Shown here piece by piece: positions 54,057 to 63,477 of a stretch of 64,000 nt of DNA. The stretch's first letter is position 1. Each line of letters begins with the position of its first letter. The stretch is from NCBI GenBank assembly GCA_964565875.1, contig CAZMGP010000022.1, forward strand, positions 1,648 to 65,647. The letters are read 5' to 3'. A program made the position numbers and the translations under genes. This DNA comes from an uncultured Enterobacteriaceae bacterium. Its GTDB lineage: Bacteria > Pseudomonadota > Gammaproteobacteria > Burkholderiales > SG8-39. The notes beneath the pieces are model-generated. The model saw only the letters and a list, made by a program, of their open reading frames with translations, did not search any database and was not told where the DNA came from.

Positions 54057-54734
54057 TCAATGCCGCGACAGGGGTTGGCGCGAGGCGAGGCTGTGGGCGT
54101 AGCGCGTGGTCTGCGGCAGGCGGTAGCGGGTGACGCAGGCCATGGTCAGCCTGACGGCTCTCTCCAGGCTCACGCGATGGCCGCAGGAGACGTAAATCGG
54201 GTTCACCCCCGCGCGGCTGCGCAGCACGGCGCCGATGGTCTCGTCTGCATCGGTGAGCGCCGCCCAGCGGCCGCGCGTCGCGGGAACTCTGCCGTGTTCG
54301 CCGATGAGCCGGCTTTTCCCCACGCCGATCGCGGGCAAGCCGGTGTAGACACCGAGATGGCAGGCGATGCCGAAGCGGCGCGGGTGGGCAATGCCGTGGC
54401 CGTCGACGAGGAGCAGGTCGGGCTTCTTCTTTAGCTTCGCCAGCGCGGCGAGGATGGCGGGGATTTCGCGAAACGACAGCAGTCCCGGCACGTAGGGAAA
54501 GCGCGTGGGCAGTCGGGCGATGGCTTGTTCCAGCGGCTCGAGTGCGGGGAAGGCGAGCACGACGACCGCTGCCCGGGTGATCGCGCCGCCGTGGTCGAAG
54601 CCGACGTCGATCCCGGCCACGCGGCGGATCGTGCCGAAGCGGTCCTCTGTCACCACCCGGCGGCGTAGCCGTTGCTGCAGGGCGATCGCCTCTTTCGGCG
54701 TCAGCTCCCATGCGTGCGCGAGCGCCATTGCCAC
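54057..54734 (-). CDS. nfi: Endonuclease V (deoxyinosine 3' endonuclease)
   Basis: Nfi motifs are present: [23 protein letters not shown] and [22 protein letters not shown]. The start is GTG 54734 or ATG 54728. The gene directly abuts the upstream stop. Confidence 0.9.
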   Translation of the reverse strand: MAMALAHAWELTPKEAIALQQRLRRRVVTEDRFGTIRRVAGIDVGFDHGGAITRAAVVVLAFPALEPLEQAIARLPTRFPYVPGLLSFREIPAILAALAKLKKKPDLLLVDGHGIAHPRRFGIACHLGVYTGLPAIGVGKSRLIGEHGRVPATRGRWAALTDADETIGAVLRSRAGVNPIYVSCGHRVSLERAVRLTMACVTRYRLPQTTRYAHSLASRQPLSRH

Positions 54735-55907
54735 TTAGGCCTGCGCAAGCACCAAGGGTACGTACATCTCGGCCGCGCTCACGCCGCCGTGCACGCCGAT
54801 AGTGAGGTGGCGCGCCTCGCCCAGCACCCAGTCCTTGATGGTGTAGTCCTCCTTCATCACCAGCAGGTAGTCGCCGATGCGCTCGGCAAGTCGCGGATTC
54901 GCCTCGCCCAGTCCGAACCAGCCTTGGGAAATCGCATCGCACGCGGGGACGAGCTCCGCGCAATGCGCGAGCCGTGTCGCGACATAGTGTTCGAAGGCAC
55001 GCTGCGCTCCGGCGCGCAGATAGCAATAGGCGACGCGGCGCTCGCCGCACAGCGGCAGTGCGAGCGTCTCGACGAGTTGTGGATGGTCGGCAAGCTCGAT
55101 GCTCGCCGACTTCGGCGAATCGACGAAGCCGTGGTCCGCGACCGCGAGCACCAGGGTATCGGTGCCCGCGATGTCGGCGAGAAAGGCGGCATAGGCCGCG
55201 TCGATCTGCTGGAACATGCTCGCGAGCTCGGCGCTCGCGACGCCGAAAGTGTGCGCGGCAGCGTCGATCTCGTAAGTGTAGGCGTGGACGAACTTGCGCG
55301 CGCCACCTGCGCGCAGGATTTCGGCGGTCTTGGAGAACAGTTCGGGCCAGGTCTTGTAGGGGCAGCGCCGCGCGACGCCGCAGTGGGCGACGTTGTAGTC
55401 CGATTCGATGATGGTTTCGGGCGATACGACATAGGTTTCCGTCGGCAGGCGATCGAACATGGGCTCGGCGGTATAGATCTCGCGCGGCGCGATCCGTGCT
55501 TTGGACAAGGCCTCGCCGCCATGCCGCGGGCGAAAGCGCAGCGTCGCCGCGATCGTGCCCAACTCGCGCAGCCACATATGCCAGCCGGTAAGCCCGTGCT
55601 GCTGCGGCGCGAGGCCGGTGAGGAAGCTCGTCACCGCCGTCGCCGTGGTGGGAGGAAACACCGAACTCATGCGCGCGACCAGGTGCCGCCGGAGCGCGCT
55701 ATCCGCGCCGGTCGTGGTGAGATAGTCGTAGCCCAGGCCGTCGATCACGAGCAGTACCACGTTCTTCGCCCGCGTGAGACGCTCTTGCGGTAGGGCGACG
55801 AGCTCCGGGTAGAGCTCGGCACCGACGCAAGACCGCGCGCCGAGCGCCAATTCGATCGAGCGCATCAGGTTGACGATGCTCGCGCCGCGATAATCGGGAA
55901 GATGCAT
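54735..55907 (-). CDS. Alkaline-phosphatase-superfamily protein (type I phosphodiesterase / nucleotide pyrophosphatase-like), cytoplasmic
   Basis: 390 aa with no signal peptide. The metal/nucleophile region is VVLLVIDGLGYDYL...FPPTTATAVTSFLTG. A distal ADHGF motif is present. Confidence 0.75.
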   Translation of the reverse strand: MHLPDYRGASIVNLMRSIELALGARSCVGAELYPELVALPQERLTRAKNVVLLVIDGLGYDYLTTTGADSALRRHLVARMSSVFPPTTATAVTSFLTGLAPQQHGLTGWHMWLRELGTIAATLRFRPRHGGEALSKARIAPREIYTAEPMFDRLPTETYVVSPETIIESDYNVAHCGVARRCPYKTWPELFSKTAEILRAGGARKFVHAYTYEIDAAAHTFGVASAELASMFQQIDAAYAAFLADIAGTDTLVLAVADHGFVDSPKSASIELADHPQLVETLALPLCGERRVAYCYLRAGAQRAFEHYVATRLAHCAELVPACDAISQGWFGLGEANPRLAERIGDYLLVMKEDYTIKDWVLGEARHLTIGVHGGVSAAEMYVPLVLAQA

Positions 55908-56002
55908 GCCTGGCGGCGCTGCGGAATTCGAGTTCGTACTTGAACCCGCGGGCGCCCAACCCCATTTGAGCTGCAGATGGGTAAAATTGTACAGGAGCCG
56001 CG

Positions 56003-56857
56003 ATGACTACTTACTCGTTCGAAACCGGGACCGAAGCCTTCGAGCGCGACGTGCTGGAAGCGTCGAAGAAGGTGCCGGTGCTGGTCGATTTCTGGGCGCC
56101 GTGGTGCGCACCTTGCCGGGCGCTGAAACCGATCCTGGAAAAGCTTGCTGCCGAGTATCAGGGAAGATTTCTGTTGGCGAAGCTCAATTCGGACGAGCAT
56201 CCGCAGCTCGCCGCGCGCTTCGGCGTGCGCGGCATTCCGAACGTGAAGGCCTTCGTCGACGGCGAACTCGCCGACGAGTTCACCGGCGCATTGCCCGAGA
56301 GCGGCGTTCGCACCTTCATCGATCAACTGATCCCGACACCGGGGGAGAAGTTGCGCCGCGCCGCGCGCAACTTAATCGCCCAGGGCGATTTCGACGAAGC
56401 CGAGCGCCACCTGCGCAGCGGCCTGGAACTCGAACCGGCGAACCGCGCAGTGCGGCTTGACTTGGTCGAACTGTTGCTGGCGAAGAACAGCCAGGCCGAG
56501 GCCGACGCGGTATTTGCGCCGATTCCCGAGCGCGAGCGCGATGAGCGCGCCGACCGTCTGTACTCGGTGCTCGAACGTTGGAAGAAAAGTCAGGCGCTGC
56601 CCGGCATGGACGAACTGCTGGCGCGGCTAGCGGCGAATCCGGCGGACCAGCCGTCCCGGCTGGCTCTGGGCGAGCGGCTGATCGCCGAGCGGCGCTACGA
56701 AGACGCGCTTGCCGCCCTGCTCGAGGTGGTGCAAGCCGACCGCGGCGCGCTGCGCACCAACGCACGCAAGCTCATGGTCGAGGTGTTCGCTCTCGCGGCC
56801 GACCAGCCCGAACTCGTCGGCCGCTATCGGCGGCTGCTCGCCGGCGCGCTTTACTGA
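56003..56857 (+). CDS. Thioredoxin-domain + TPR co-chaperone (YbbN/CnoX-like) with an intact CxxC
   Basis: 284 aa. The Trx fold reads VLVDFWAPWCAPCRAL...GIPNVKAF. The C-terminal half is helical and TPR-like. Confidence 0.85.
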   Translation: MTTYSFETGTEAFERDVLEASKKVPVLVDFWAPWCAPCRALKPILEKLAAEYQGRFLLAKLNSDEHPQLAARFGVRGIPNVKAFVDGELADEFTGALPESGVRTFIDQLIPTPGEKLRRAARNLIAQGDFDEAERHLRSGLELEPANRAVRLDLVELLLAKNSQAEADAVFAPIPERERDERADRLYSVLERWKKSQALPGMDELLARLAANPADQPSRLALGERLIAERRYEDALAALLEVVQADRGALRTNARKLMVEVFALAADQPELVGRYRRLLAGALY

Positions 56858-57207
56858 ACCTGAACCGGAACGGACAGCTCTTCGAACGCCCCCAGAGCGT
56901 CGGCCGCGTACATCAGCGACGGCCCGCCGCCCACGTACACGCTCATGCCCAGCGCCTCTTCCACTTCGGCGCGACTGGCGCCGAGCTTGACCAGCGCCTG
57001 CATGTGGAAGCCGATGCAGGCGTCGCAGTGCGCGGCGACGCCCAAAGCGAGGGCGATCAGCTCCTTGGTCTTGCGGTCGAGTGCGCCGTCGCGCGTCGCG
57101 GCTTGAGCGAGCGCGGAAAATCCCTTCATCGTATCCGGCGTATCGGCGCGCAATTTCGCCATCGAGGCGGACACACGCTTGGTGATCTCGCGGTAATTCT
57201 TGCTCAT
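56851..57207 (-). CDS. Carboxymuconolactone decarboxylase / AhpD-like family protein
   Basis: Start at MSKNYREI (ATG 57205-57207). The AhpD core motif LIALALGVAAHCDACIGFH contains a CxxC. The product is 118 aa. Confidence 0.85.
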   Translation of the reverse strand: MSKNYREITKRVSASMAKLRADTPDTMKGFSALAQAATRDGALDRKTKELIALALGVAAHCDACIGFHMQALVKLGASRAEVEEALGMSVYVGGGPSLMYAADALGAFEELSVPVQVQ

Positions 57208-57214
57208 GTTCGCC

Positions 57215-57418
57215 TCAGGCCTTGCCCTTTGCCTGCGCCGGGCAGGTGTCGATGCCGAGCAGGGTGTAGAGCGGGCAGAACTTGATCGTGCCCGTGGCGA
57301 GCGGAATGATCCCGATCCAGCCCCAGGCGCCCACCGTGCCGGTCGCGGCCAGCGCGACCAAGGCGATTCCGACGACGATGCGCAGCGCGCGATCGATGCC
57401 ACCGACATTGAGTTTCAT
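57215..57418 (-). CDS. DUF2892 (YgaP-type) small membrane protein
   Basis: Start at MKLNVGGIDRALRIVVG (ATG 57416-57418, AAGGGAG RBS). It has two TM helices and a C-terminal KFCPLYTLLGIDTCP. It lies 7 nt upstream of the AhpD-like gene. Confidence 0.75.
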   Translation of the reverse strand: MKLNVGGIDRALRIVVGIALVALAATGTVGAWGWIGIIPLATGTIKFCPLYTLLGIDTCPAQAKGKA

Positions 57419-57476
57419 GGATGCTCCCTTCACTTATGGATGATAGAAATGGATTGTTTGTTCGGGGACGCGCCTG

Positions 57477-58022
57477 TCACGGCTTGGACGCGGCGCGCAC
57501 CCGGGCGAGTTTTCCTTCGAGCGTGGACTCGCTCAACGCGCCGAGGTGGGTGTCGACCATGCGGCCGTTCGCGTCATAGAAGAGCGTGATCGGCAGCGCG
57601 GTCGAGCCGAGTTCGCGGCCGAGCTTGCTCGCGGGGTCGAGCATGACGTTGGAAAGTTCGAGCTTCGCGCTGGACAAATAGCGCGTTACGGTGGCCGCGT
57701 CCTCGCCCTGGTCGACGAAAACGAAGTTCATCGCCGCTTCGCGCTGCTGAGCGGCCGCCAGGGTCGGCAGTTCGCGCCGGCAGGGCGGGCACCAGGTGGC
57801 CCATAGGTTCACCACCGTGGGCTTGCCTGCGGCGAGCGTCGCCAGTTCCGCGGCTGATCCGCCGAGGGTACGCAAGGAAACCTGCGGCAGGGCCTGGTTC
57901 TGCATCAAGCGCAAGGCGGCGGACAGGCCGAACCAGGTGAAAAGCGCCGCCGCAAGGCCCAGCGCGAGCGGTTTGCCCCAGCCAAAGCCCTTTGCTGGAA
58001 CTTCGGGTGCCACTTCGCTCAT
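57477..58022 (-). CDS. TlpA/ResA-type periplasmic thiol:disulfide oxidoreductase (membrane-anchored redoxin)
   Basis: Start at MSEVAPE (ATG 58020-58022), overlapping the arsR-family stop as ATGA. It has one N-terminal TM helix and the motif VVNLWATWCPPCRRELP. Confidence 0.88.
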   Translation of the reverse strand: MSEVAPEVPAKGFGWGKPLALGLAAALFTWFGLSAALRLMQNQALPQVSLRTLGGSAAELATLAAGKPTVVNLWATWCPPCRRELPTLAAAQQREAAMNFVFVDQGEDAATVTRYLSSAKLELSNVMLDPASKLGRELGSTALPITLFYDANGRMVDTHLGALSESTLEGKLARVRAASKP

Positions 58023-58396
58023 CCCTTCGTCACCGCAGGCTTGCGCCGCGGTGTGGCGGCAGCGAGGAACAGTTCGTGCCGGTCCGACTGGCCGGCGTAG
58101 CGCTTGCCGATCTGGCCGCAGACGAGATCGCACAGGCGATAGATTTTTGGATCGGCAATGCGGTAATAGGTACTGGTGCCGCGGGCGGCCTTCTCGATCA
58201 ACCCGCCCTGGGCGAGCAGCGATAGATGTTTGGATACGTTCGCCTGGCTGCAGCCGAGCAGTTCGGTGAGCTCGCTCACGTTGCGCTCGCCGTCGCGCAG
58301 CGCATTCAATATCTTCAAGCGCAGCGGCACCGACAGCGCGCGGAAATAACCGGCGACGTCATCCAGTGCGCGATCGTCCAATCGCTCCATAAGCAT
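58019..58396 (-). CDS. ArsR/SmtB-family transcriptional regulator with three cysteines
   Basis: The winged HTH reads LSVPLRLKILNALRDGERNVSELTELLGCSQANVSKHLSLL. A C-terminal LCDLVC pair is present. Start candidates are 58396, 58390 and 58423. Confidence 0.85.
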   Translation of the reverse strand: MLMERLDDRALDDVAGYFRALSVPLRLKILNALRDGERNVSELTELLGCSQANVSKHLSLLAQGGLIEKAARGTSTYYRIADPKIYRLCDLVCGQIGKRYAGQSDRHELFLAAATPRRKPAVTKG

Positions 58397-58444
58397 GCAT
58401 CCTTCTCTGGTGACAGGGTTCATACTATACCAGACAAATGGTGA

Positions 58445-58496
58445 TTGACAATATAACCATATAGCGATATAGTAGCACCGATGGTTGCAATTGTCA
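58445..58496 (+). promoter_or_regulatory. Near-consensus sigma70 promoter of the efflux operon, embedded in a long imperfect palindrome (candidate ArsR operator)
   Basis: TTGACA (58445-58450), a 17-nt spacer, then TATAGT (58468-58473). The arms are TGACAATATAACCAT (58446-58460) and ATGGTTGCAATTGTCA (58481-58496). They share the outer TGACAAT/ATTGTCA and inner AACCAT/ATGGTT symmetric blocks. Confidence 0.65.
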
Positions 58497-58560
58497 CGGA
58501 CTTTGTTGATTTGCCGCAAGGGGCGAGCGTCGCGCGCCCGACCGGCAAGGGAGAAAACGG

Positions 58561-59598
58561 ATGAAGGTATTACCGAAACTGGCGCTCGCCGCGCTGCTCG
58601 CGCATTCCGTCTGGGCGGCCGCGGCCGAGCTCGAGACCGCGCCGGTGCAGGCGGCGGGGGCGAGCGACGTGTATGCGGCGGACGGCGTGCTCGAAGCCGT
58701 GCGCCAAAGCGTGATCGCGGCGCAGGTCGCCGGGCGCATCACCGATCTCAGGGTGAAGGCGGGCGACGTGGTGAAGGCGGGCCAGGTGCTCGCGCGCGTG
58801 GACGAACGCGTGGCGGCGCAGCAGGTTAGCGCGAGCCGGGCGATGGTCGCGGCGGCTGAAGCGCAGCTCGATGCAGCGAAGCGCGAATACGCGCGCAGCC
58901 AGAGGCTCTACGGCAAGCAGTATCTCAGCCAGGCGGCCCTGGAGCAGGCCGAGGCGCAATACAAGGCGACCGAGGCCCAAGTGCGCGCGACGCTCGCCCA
59001 GGCCGGCATGGCGAGCACGCAGACTTCCTTCCATACCATTGTCGCGCCCTACGCCGGGGTGATCGCCGAAGTCAGCTGCGAACTGGGCGACATGGCGGCG
59101 CCGGGCAAGCCCCTCATGCGCCTCTACGATCCGGCGGCGCTGCGCGTAGTGGTGACGCTGCCTGAAAGCACTGCGCCCGCGCTCGCGGCAGGCAAGCCGA
59201 CCAAGCTCGAGTTTCCCGGCGCCAACGAGGCGCTGCGCTGGCAGACGGCGCAATCGACGACGCTGCTGCCGACCGCCGACCCGACGAGCCATACACTGCA
59301 GGTGCGCGCGACGCTCGCCCCCAAGCTCGCCGGCCTGACGCCCGGAATGTTCGCCCGCGCCTATCTCCCGGTAAGCGCGGCTCAGGGCGGGCGCATCACC
59401 GTCCCGGCGAAGGCCGTGGTCATGCGCACCGAACTCAACGCCGTGTACGTCGTGAACAACGAAGGGCGGGCGCAATTGCGCCAGGTGCGCCTCGGCCGCC
59501 AGGTGGGCGAGCGCGTGGAAGTCCTGGCCGGACTGGAAGCGAATGAGCGCGTCGCGCTCGATCCGGTGGCGGCGGCGAAGCAGGGCGCCGCGAAATGA
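58561..59598 (+). CDS. Efflux RND periplasmic adaptor (membrane fusion protein, HlyD family)
   Basis: 345 aa with a signal peptide. The layout is a barrel-sandwich/lipoyl segment, a coiled-coil hairpin (AEAQLDAAKREYARSQRLY...AQYKATEAQV) and a beta-barrel. Confidence 0.9.
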   Translation: MKVLPKLALAALLAHSVWAAAAELETAPVQAAGASDVYAADGVLEAVRQSVIAAQVAGRITDLRVKAGDVVKAGQVLARVDERVAAQQVSASRAMVAAAEAQLDAAKREYARSQRLYGKQYLSQAALEQAEAQYKATEAQVRATLAQAGMASTQTSFHTIVAPYAGVIAEVSCELGDMAAPGKPLMRLYDPAALRVVVTLPESTAPALAAGKPTKLEFPGANEALRWQTAQSTTLLPTADPTSHTLQVRATLAPKLAGLTPGMFARAYLPVSAAQGGRITVPAKAVVMRTELNAVYVVNNEGRAQLRQVRLGRQVGERVEVLAGLEANERVALDPVAAAKQGAAK

Positions 59599-62500
59599 GC
59601 GAGCGCAGCGAACTCGGCATTTCCGGCCGCATCGCGCGCGCCTTTCAGAGCGCGCAGATCACGCCGCTGCTCGCGCTGGTGGCGCTGCTCCTCGGTGTGT
59701 TCGCCGTATTGGTGACCCCGCGCGAAGAAGAGCCGCAGATCAACGTCACCATGGCGAACGTGTTGATTCCGTTCCCCGGCGCCTCGGCGCGCGACGTCGA
59801 GCAGATGGTCGCCGGGCCGGCGGAGCAGGTGCTGTCGCAGATCGCCAACGTCGAGCACGTGATGTCGCTCGCGCGACCCGGGCTCGCCGTAGTCACGGTG
59901 CAGTTCGAAGTCGGCATCACGCGCACCGAGGCGCTGGTGCGGCTATACGACACCATCGAATCAAACCGCGACTGGTTGCCGGCCAATCTGGGCGTGCTGC
60001 ATCCGGTGGTGAAGCCCAAGGGCATCGACGACGTGCCCATCGTGACCTTGACGCTGTATTCGAAGAATCCCGCCATCGGCGCGTTTGATCTCGAGCGCGT
60101 CGGGCATTCGATCGAAGCCGACATCAAGCGCGTCCGCGGCACGCGCGAAGTCGTCACCCTGGGTGGCGCCAGACGCGCGGTCAACATTCGCCTCGATCCA
60201 GGGCGCATGCATGCCGCCGGCGTCACCGTGAGCGATCTGCGCCGGGCCCTGCAATCGGCCAACATGGGCGCGACGCTGGGCGAGACCATCGAGAACGACC
60301 GCGCCATCACCGTCGATTCCGGGCCCTTCCTCGAATCCGCCAAGGACGTGGCGAGCCTGGTGGTCGGCGTGCACGAAGGCAAGCCCGTTTTCCTGCAGGA
60401 TGTCGCCGAAGTGAAGGACGGCGCGGTGTCCGCCGAGCGCTACGTCTGGCACGGCATCGCCGGCAAGGGCGGCGGCGAATACCCGGCGGTGACGCTCGCC
60501 GTGACCAAGAAGCCGGGTCAGAACGCGGTGCGCGTGGCGGATCAGGTGATCCAGCGCGTCGAGGCGCTGAAGAACGCGGTCGTCCCCGCGGACGTCGAGC
60601 TCGCCGTGACGCGCAACTACGGCGCGACCGCGAACGACAAGGCGCTGAAGCTGATCGAGAAGCTCGTCTTCGCTACGGCGCTGGTGATTGCGCTGGTGTT
60701 CTTCGCCCTCGGCCGGCGCGAAGCGGCGATCGTCGGATCGGCGGTGGTGCTGACGCTGACGGCGACGCTGTTCGCCTCCTGGGCCTGGGGTTTTACCCTC
60801 AACCGGGTGTCGCTGTTCGCGCTCATCTTTTCCATCGGCATCTTGGTCGATGACGCCATCGTGGTGGTGGAGAACATCCATCGCCACATGCTGCTCGAAC
60901 CGGAGAAGCCGCTCGCCGACATCATTCCCGGCGCGGTGGACGAGGTCGGCGGTCCGACCATCCTCGCCACTTTCACCGTCATCGCGGCGCTCCTGCCCAT
61001 GGCCTTCGTCAGCGGCCTGATGGGGCCGTACATGAGTCCGATCCCCATCAACGCCAGCATGGGCATGATGATTTCGCTCACCGTCGCCTTCGTCGTCACG
61101 CCTTGGCTTGCGCGGCTGTGGCTGAAGCGCTCGGCGCACGCCGCGGCCGGCGGCCTGGCGGCGAAGCTCGCCCCGTTTTTCATCCGCGTGTTCACGCCCT
61201 TCCTCGATGACGCCCATGGGGGAAGGCGGCGGCTGGCGCTGTGGGCGGGCGTGGGCGTGCTGATCCTCGCCTCGGTGGCGCTGCCTGCGGCGAAATGGGT
61301 GGTGCTGAAAATGCTGCCCTTCGACAACAAGTCCGAATTCCAGGTGGTGGTCGACATGCCCGCAGGCACGCCGGTGGAGCGCACCGCGACGCTGCTGCAC
61401 GAGCTGGGTGCCTACCTCGCCGGTGTGCCCGAGATCACCGACTACCAGGCCTATGCGGGCTTGTCCGCGCCGATCAATTTCAATGGCCTGGTGCGCCAAT
61501 ACTACATGCGCTCCGGCGGCGACCTGGGCGATATCCAGGTAAACCTGGTGGACAAGGCGCATAGGAGCGAGCAAAGCCACGCCATCGCGCTGCGGCTGCG
61601 GCCCGATTTGGCGAAAATCGCGGCCGCCTACCACGCGCGGCTGAAGCTCGTCGAAGTGCCGCCTGGCCCGCCCGTGCTCTCACCCATCGTCGCCGAGGTC
61701 TACGGACCGGACTACGCCGGCCGCAGGAGCGTGGCAAGCGCCGTGCGCAAGGTGTTCGATACCACGCCCGGCGTGGTCGACGTCGACCAGAGCACGGTCG
61801 CCGCGACGCCGCGTCAGGTGCTCCTCGTCGATCGGCGCAAGGCGGCGCTCGCTGGCGTCGCGCAAGGGGAAATCGTCGCGGCGCTGCGGGCTGGGCTCGC
61901 GGGCGAGGACGTGACCTACCTGCACGATGCGACCAAGTACCCGGCCGGCACGCACCTCGAGCTGCCGGTCGCTTCCCGCGCCAATCTCGACGACGCGCTG
62001 CGGCTCACCGTGCGCAGCACGAGCGGTCAGCTCGTGCCGCTGCGCGAGCTCGTCTCCGTGCGCGACTCCGTGGTCGAACAGCCGATCTACCACAAGGACC
62101 TGCTGCCCGTGATCTACGTGACGGGCGACATGGCGGGCGGGGAGGACAGCCCCCTGTACGGCATGTTCGAAATGCGCCGCGCCATCGGGGAGATTCCGGT
62201 CCCGGGCGGCAGGCTCGGCGAGCATTTCATCGGCCAGCCAGACGATCCCTATCGCGGCTACGCCATCAAATGGGACGGCGAGTGGCAGATCACCTACGAG
62301 ACGTTCCGCGACATGGGCGCGGCCTACGCCGTCGGCCTGGTGCTGATCTATCTGCTGGTGGTGGCGCAGTTCGGCTCCTATCTCGTGCCGCTCATCATCA
62401 TGGCGCCGATTCCGCTCACCATCATCGGCGTGATGCCCGGCCACGCCCTGCTCGGCGCGCAATTCACCGCCACCTCGATGATAGGCATGATCGCGCTCGC

Positions 62501-62807
62501 CGGCATCATCGTGCGCAACTCCATCCTGCTGGTCGACTTCATCAAGCTGCAGGTCGCGAGCGGCACGCCGTTCAAGGAAGCCGTTGTGCGCTCCGCCGCC
62601 ATCCGCGCGCAGCCGATCGCACTCACTGCGCTCGCCGCCATGCTCGGTGCCTTGTTCATCCTGGACGACCCCATATTCAACGGATTGGCGATTTCGCTGA
62701 TATTCGGGATCCTCGTTTCGACCATTCTCACCCTGGTCGTGATCCCGCTGCTTTACTACGCCGCGTACCGGCATCAATTTACCCAACCCACGGAGGAAAT
62801 ATCGTGA
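59595..62807 (+). CDS. Efflux RND permease (AcrB/HAE-type, 12 TM)
   Basis: 1070 aa. The TM4 motif is SIGILVDDAIVVVENIHRH. Two large periplasmic loops are present. Its start overlaps the MFP stop as ATGA. Confidence 0.92.
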   Translation: MSERSELGISGRIARAFQSAQITPLLALVALLLGVFAVLVTPREEEPQINVTMANVLIPFPGASARDVEQMVAGPAEQVLSQIANVEHVMSLARPGLAVVTVQFEVGITRTEALVRLYDTIESNRDWLPANLGVLHPVVKPKGIDDVPIVTLTLYSKNPAIGAFDLERVGHSIEADIKRVRGTREVVTLGGARRAVNIRLDPGRMHAAGVTVSDLRRALQSANMGATLGETIENDRAITVDSGPFLESAKDVASLVVGVHEGKPVFLQDVAEVKDGAVSAERYVWHGIAGKGGGEYPAVTLAVTKKPGQNAVRVADQVIQRVEALKNAVVPADVELAVTRNYGATANDKALKLIEKLVFATALVIALVFFALGRREAAIVGSAVVLTLTATLFASWAWGFTLNRVSLFALIFSIGILVDDAIVVVENIHRHMLLEPEKPLADIIPGAVDEVGGPTILATFTVIAALLPMAFVSGLMGPYMSPIPINASMGMMISLTVAFVVTPWLARLWLKRSAHAAAGGLAAKLAPFFIRVFTPFLDDAHGGRRRLALWAGVGVLILASVALPAAKWVVLKMLPFDNKSEFQVVVDMPAGTPVERTATLLHELGAYLAGVPEITDYQAYAGLSAPINFNGLVRQYYMRSGGDLGDIQVNLVDKAHRSEQSHAIALRLRPDLAKIAAAYHARLKLVEVPPGPPVLSPIVAEVYGPDYAGRRSVASAVRKVFDTTPGVVDVDQSTVAATPRQVLLVDRRKAALAGVAQGEIVAALRAGLAGEDVTYLHDATKYPAGTHLELPVASRANLDDALRLTVRSTSGQLVPLRELVSVRDSVVEQPIYHKDLLPVIYVTGDMAGGEDSPLYGMFEMRRAIGEIPVPGGRLGEHFIGQPDDPYRGYAIKWDGEWQITYETFRDMGAAYAVGLVLIYLLVVAQFGSYLVPLIIMAPIPLTIIGVMPGHALLGAQFTATSMIGMIALAGIIVRNSILLVDFIKLQVASGTPFKEAVVRSAAIRAQPIALTALAAMLGALFILDDPIFNGLAISLIFGILVSTILTLVVIPLLYYAAYRHQFTQPTEEIS

Positions 62808-63013
62808 CATCCTGGCAAATCGTCCGCGTATTCGCGGGCAGCTTCATCGCAATCTCGCTTCTGCTCGGCGCGCCTGCGAGCCCGCTGTTCGTCAGCCAAT
62901 ACTGGCTGCTGTTCACGGCGTTCGTCGGCCTGAACCTGCTGCAAAGCGGCTTTTCCTGCTGGTGCCCGCTCGAGATCGTGCTGCGCAAGCTCGGCGTGCG
63001 CGCCGGCACTTGA
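62804..63013 (+). CDS. DUF2892 (YgaP-type) small membrane protein embedded in the efflux operon
   Basis: The GTG start (62804) overlaps the RND stop as GTGA, with a GGAGGA RBS 6 nt upstream. The 69-aa product has two TM helices and a C-terminal SCWCPLEIVLRKLG. It is the in-frame tail of ORF 62270..63013. Confidence 0.7.
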   Translation: MTSWQIVRVFAGSFIAISLLLGAPASPLFVSQYWLLFTAFVGLNLLQSGFSCWCPLEIVLRKLGVRAGT

Positions 63014-63036
63014 ACTCGGCGCAAGGGATCGGGCGC

Positions 63037-63477
63037 ATGGATGCGGCGAGCATCAACCTGGTCTGCCCGGCGTGCGGCGTGAAGAACCGCGTGCTCGAAG
63101 CGCGGCTCGATCAGGCTCCGAGCTGCGGCCGCTGCAAGGCCGCGCTCCTGACCGCGAGTCCGCTTGCGCTCGAAGAGGCGGCGTTCACCCGCTACATCGA
63201 AGGGACCGAATTGCCGGTGGTGGTGGATTTCTGGGCGGATTGGTGCGGACCGTGCAAGTCGATGGCGCCGGCTTTTGCCGAGGCCGCGCGATTGCGGCCG
63301 CGCGTGCGCTTCGCCAAGCTCGATACCGAGCGCGCCGGCAGCATCGCGGCGCAGTATGGCATCCGCAGCATCCCCACCCTGATCGCCTTTCGCGGCGGCC
63401 GGGAAATCGAGCGCATCTCCGGTGCCATGGGCTCGCAACAGATCCTCAGTTGGATAGATCGGACGCTACAGTCATGA
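63037..63477 (+). CDS. trxC: Thioredoxin 2 (TrxC-type, N-terminal zinc finger)
   Basis: Start at MDAASINLVCPACGVKN (ATG 63037). The zinc finger is CPAC...CGRC. The Trx motif is VVVDFWADWCGPCKSM, with IRSIPTLIAF. Confidence 0.9.
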   Translation: MDAASINLVCPACGVKNRVLEARLDQAPSCGRCKAALLTASPLALEEAAFTRYIEGTELPVVVDFWADWCGPCKSMAPAFAEAARLRPRVRFAKLDTERAGSIAAQYGIRSIPTLIAFRGGREIERISGAMGSQQILSWIDRTLQS

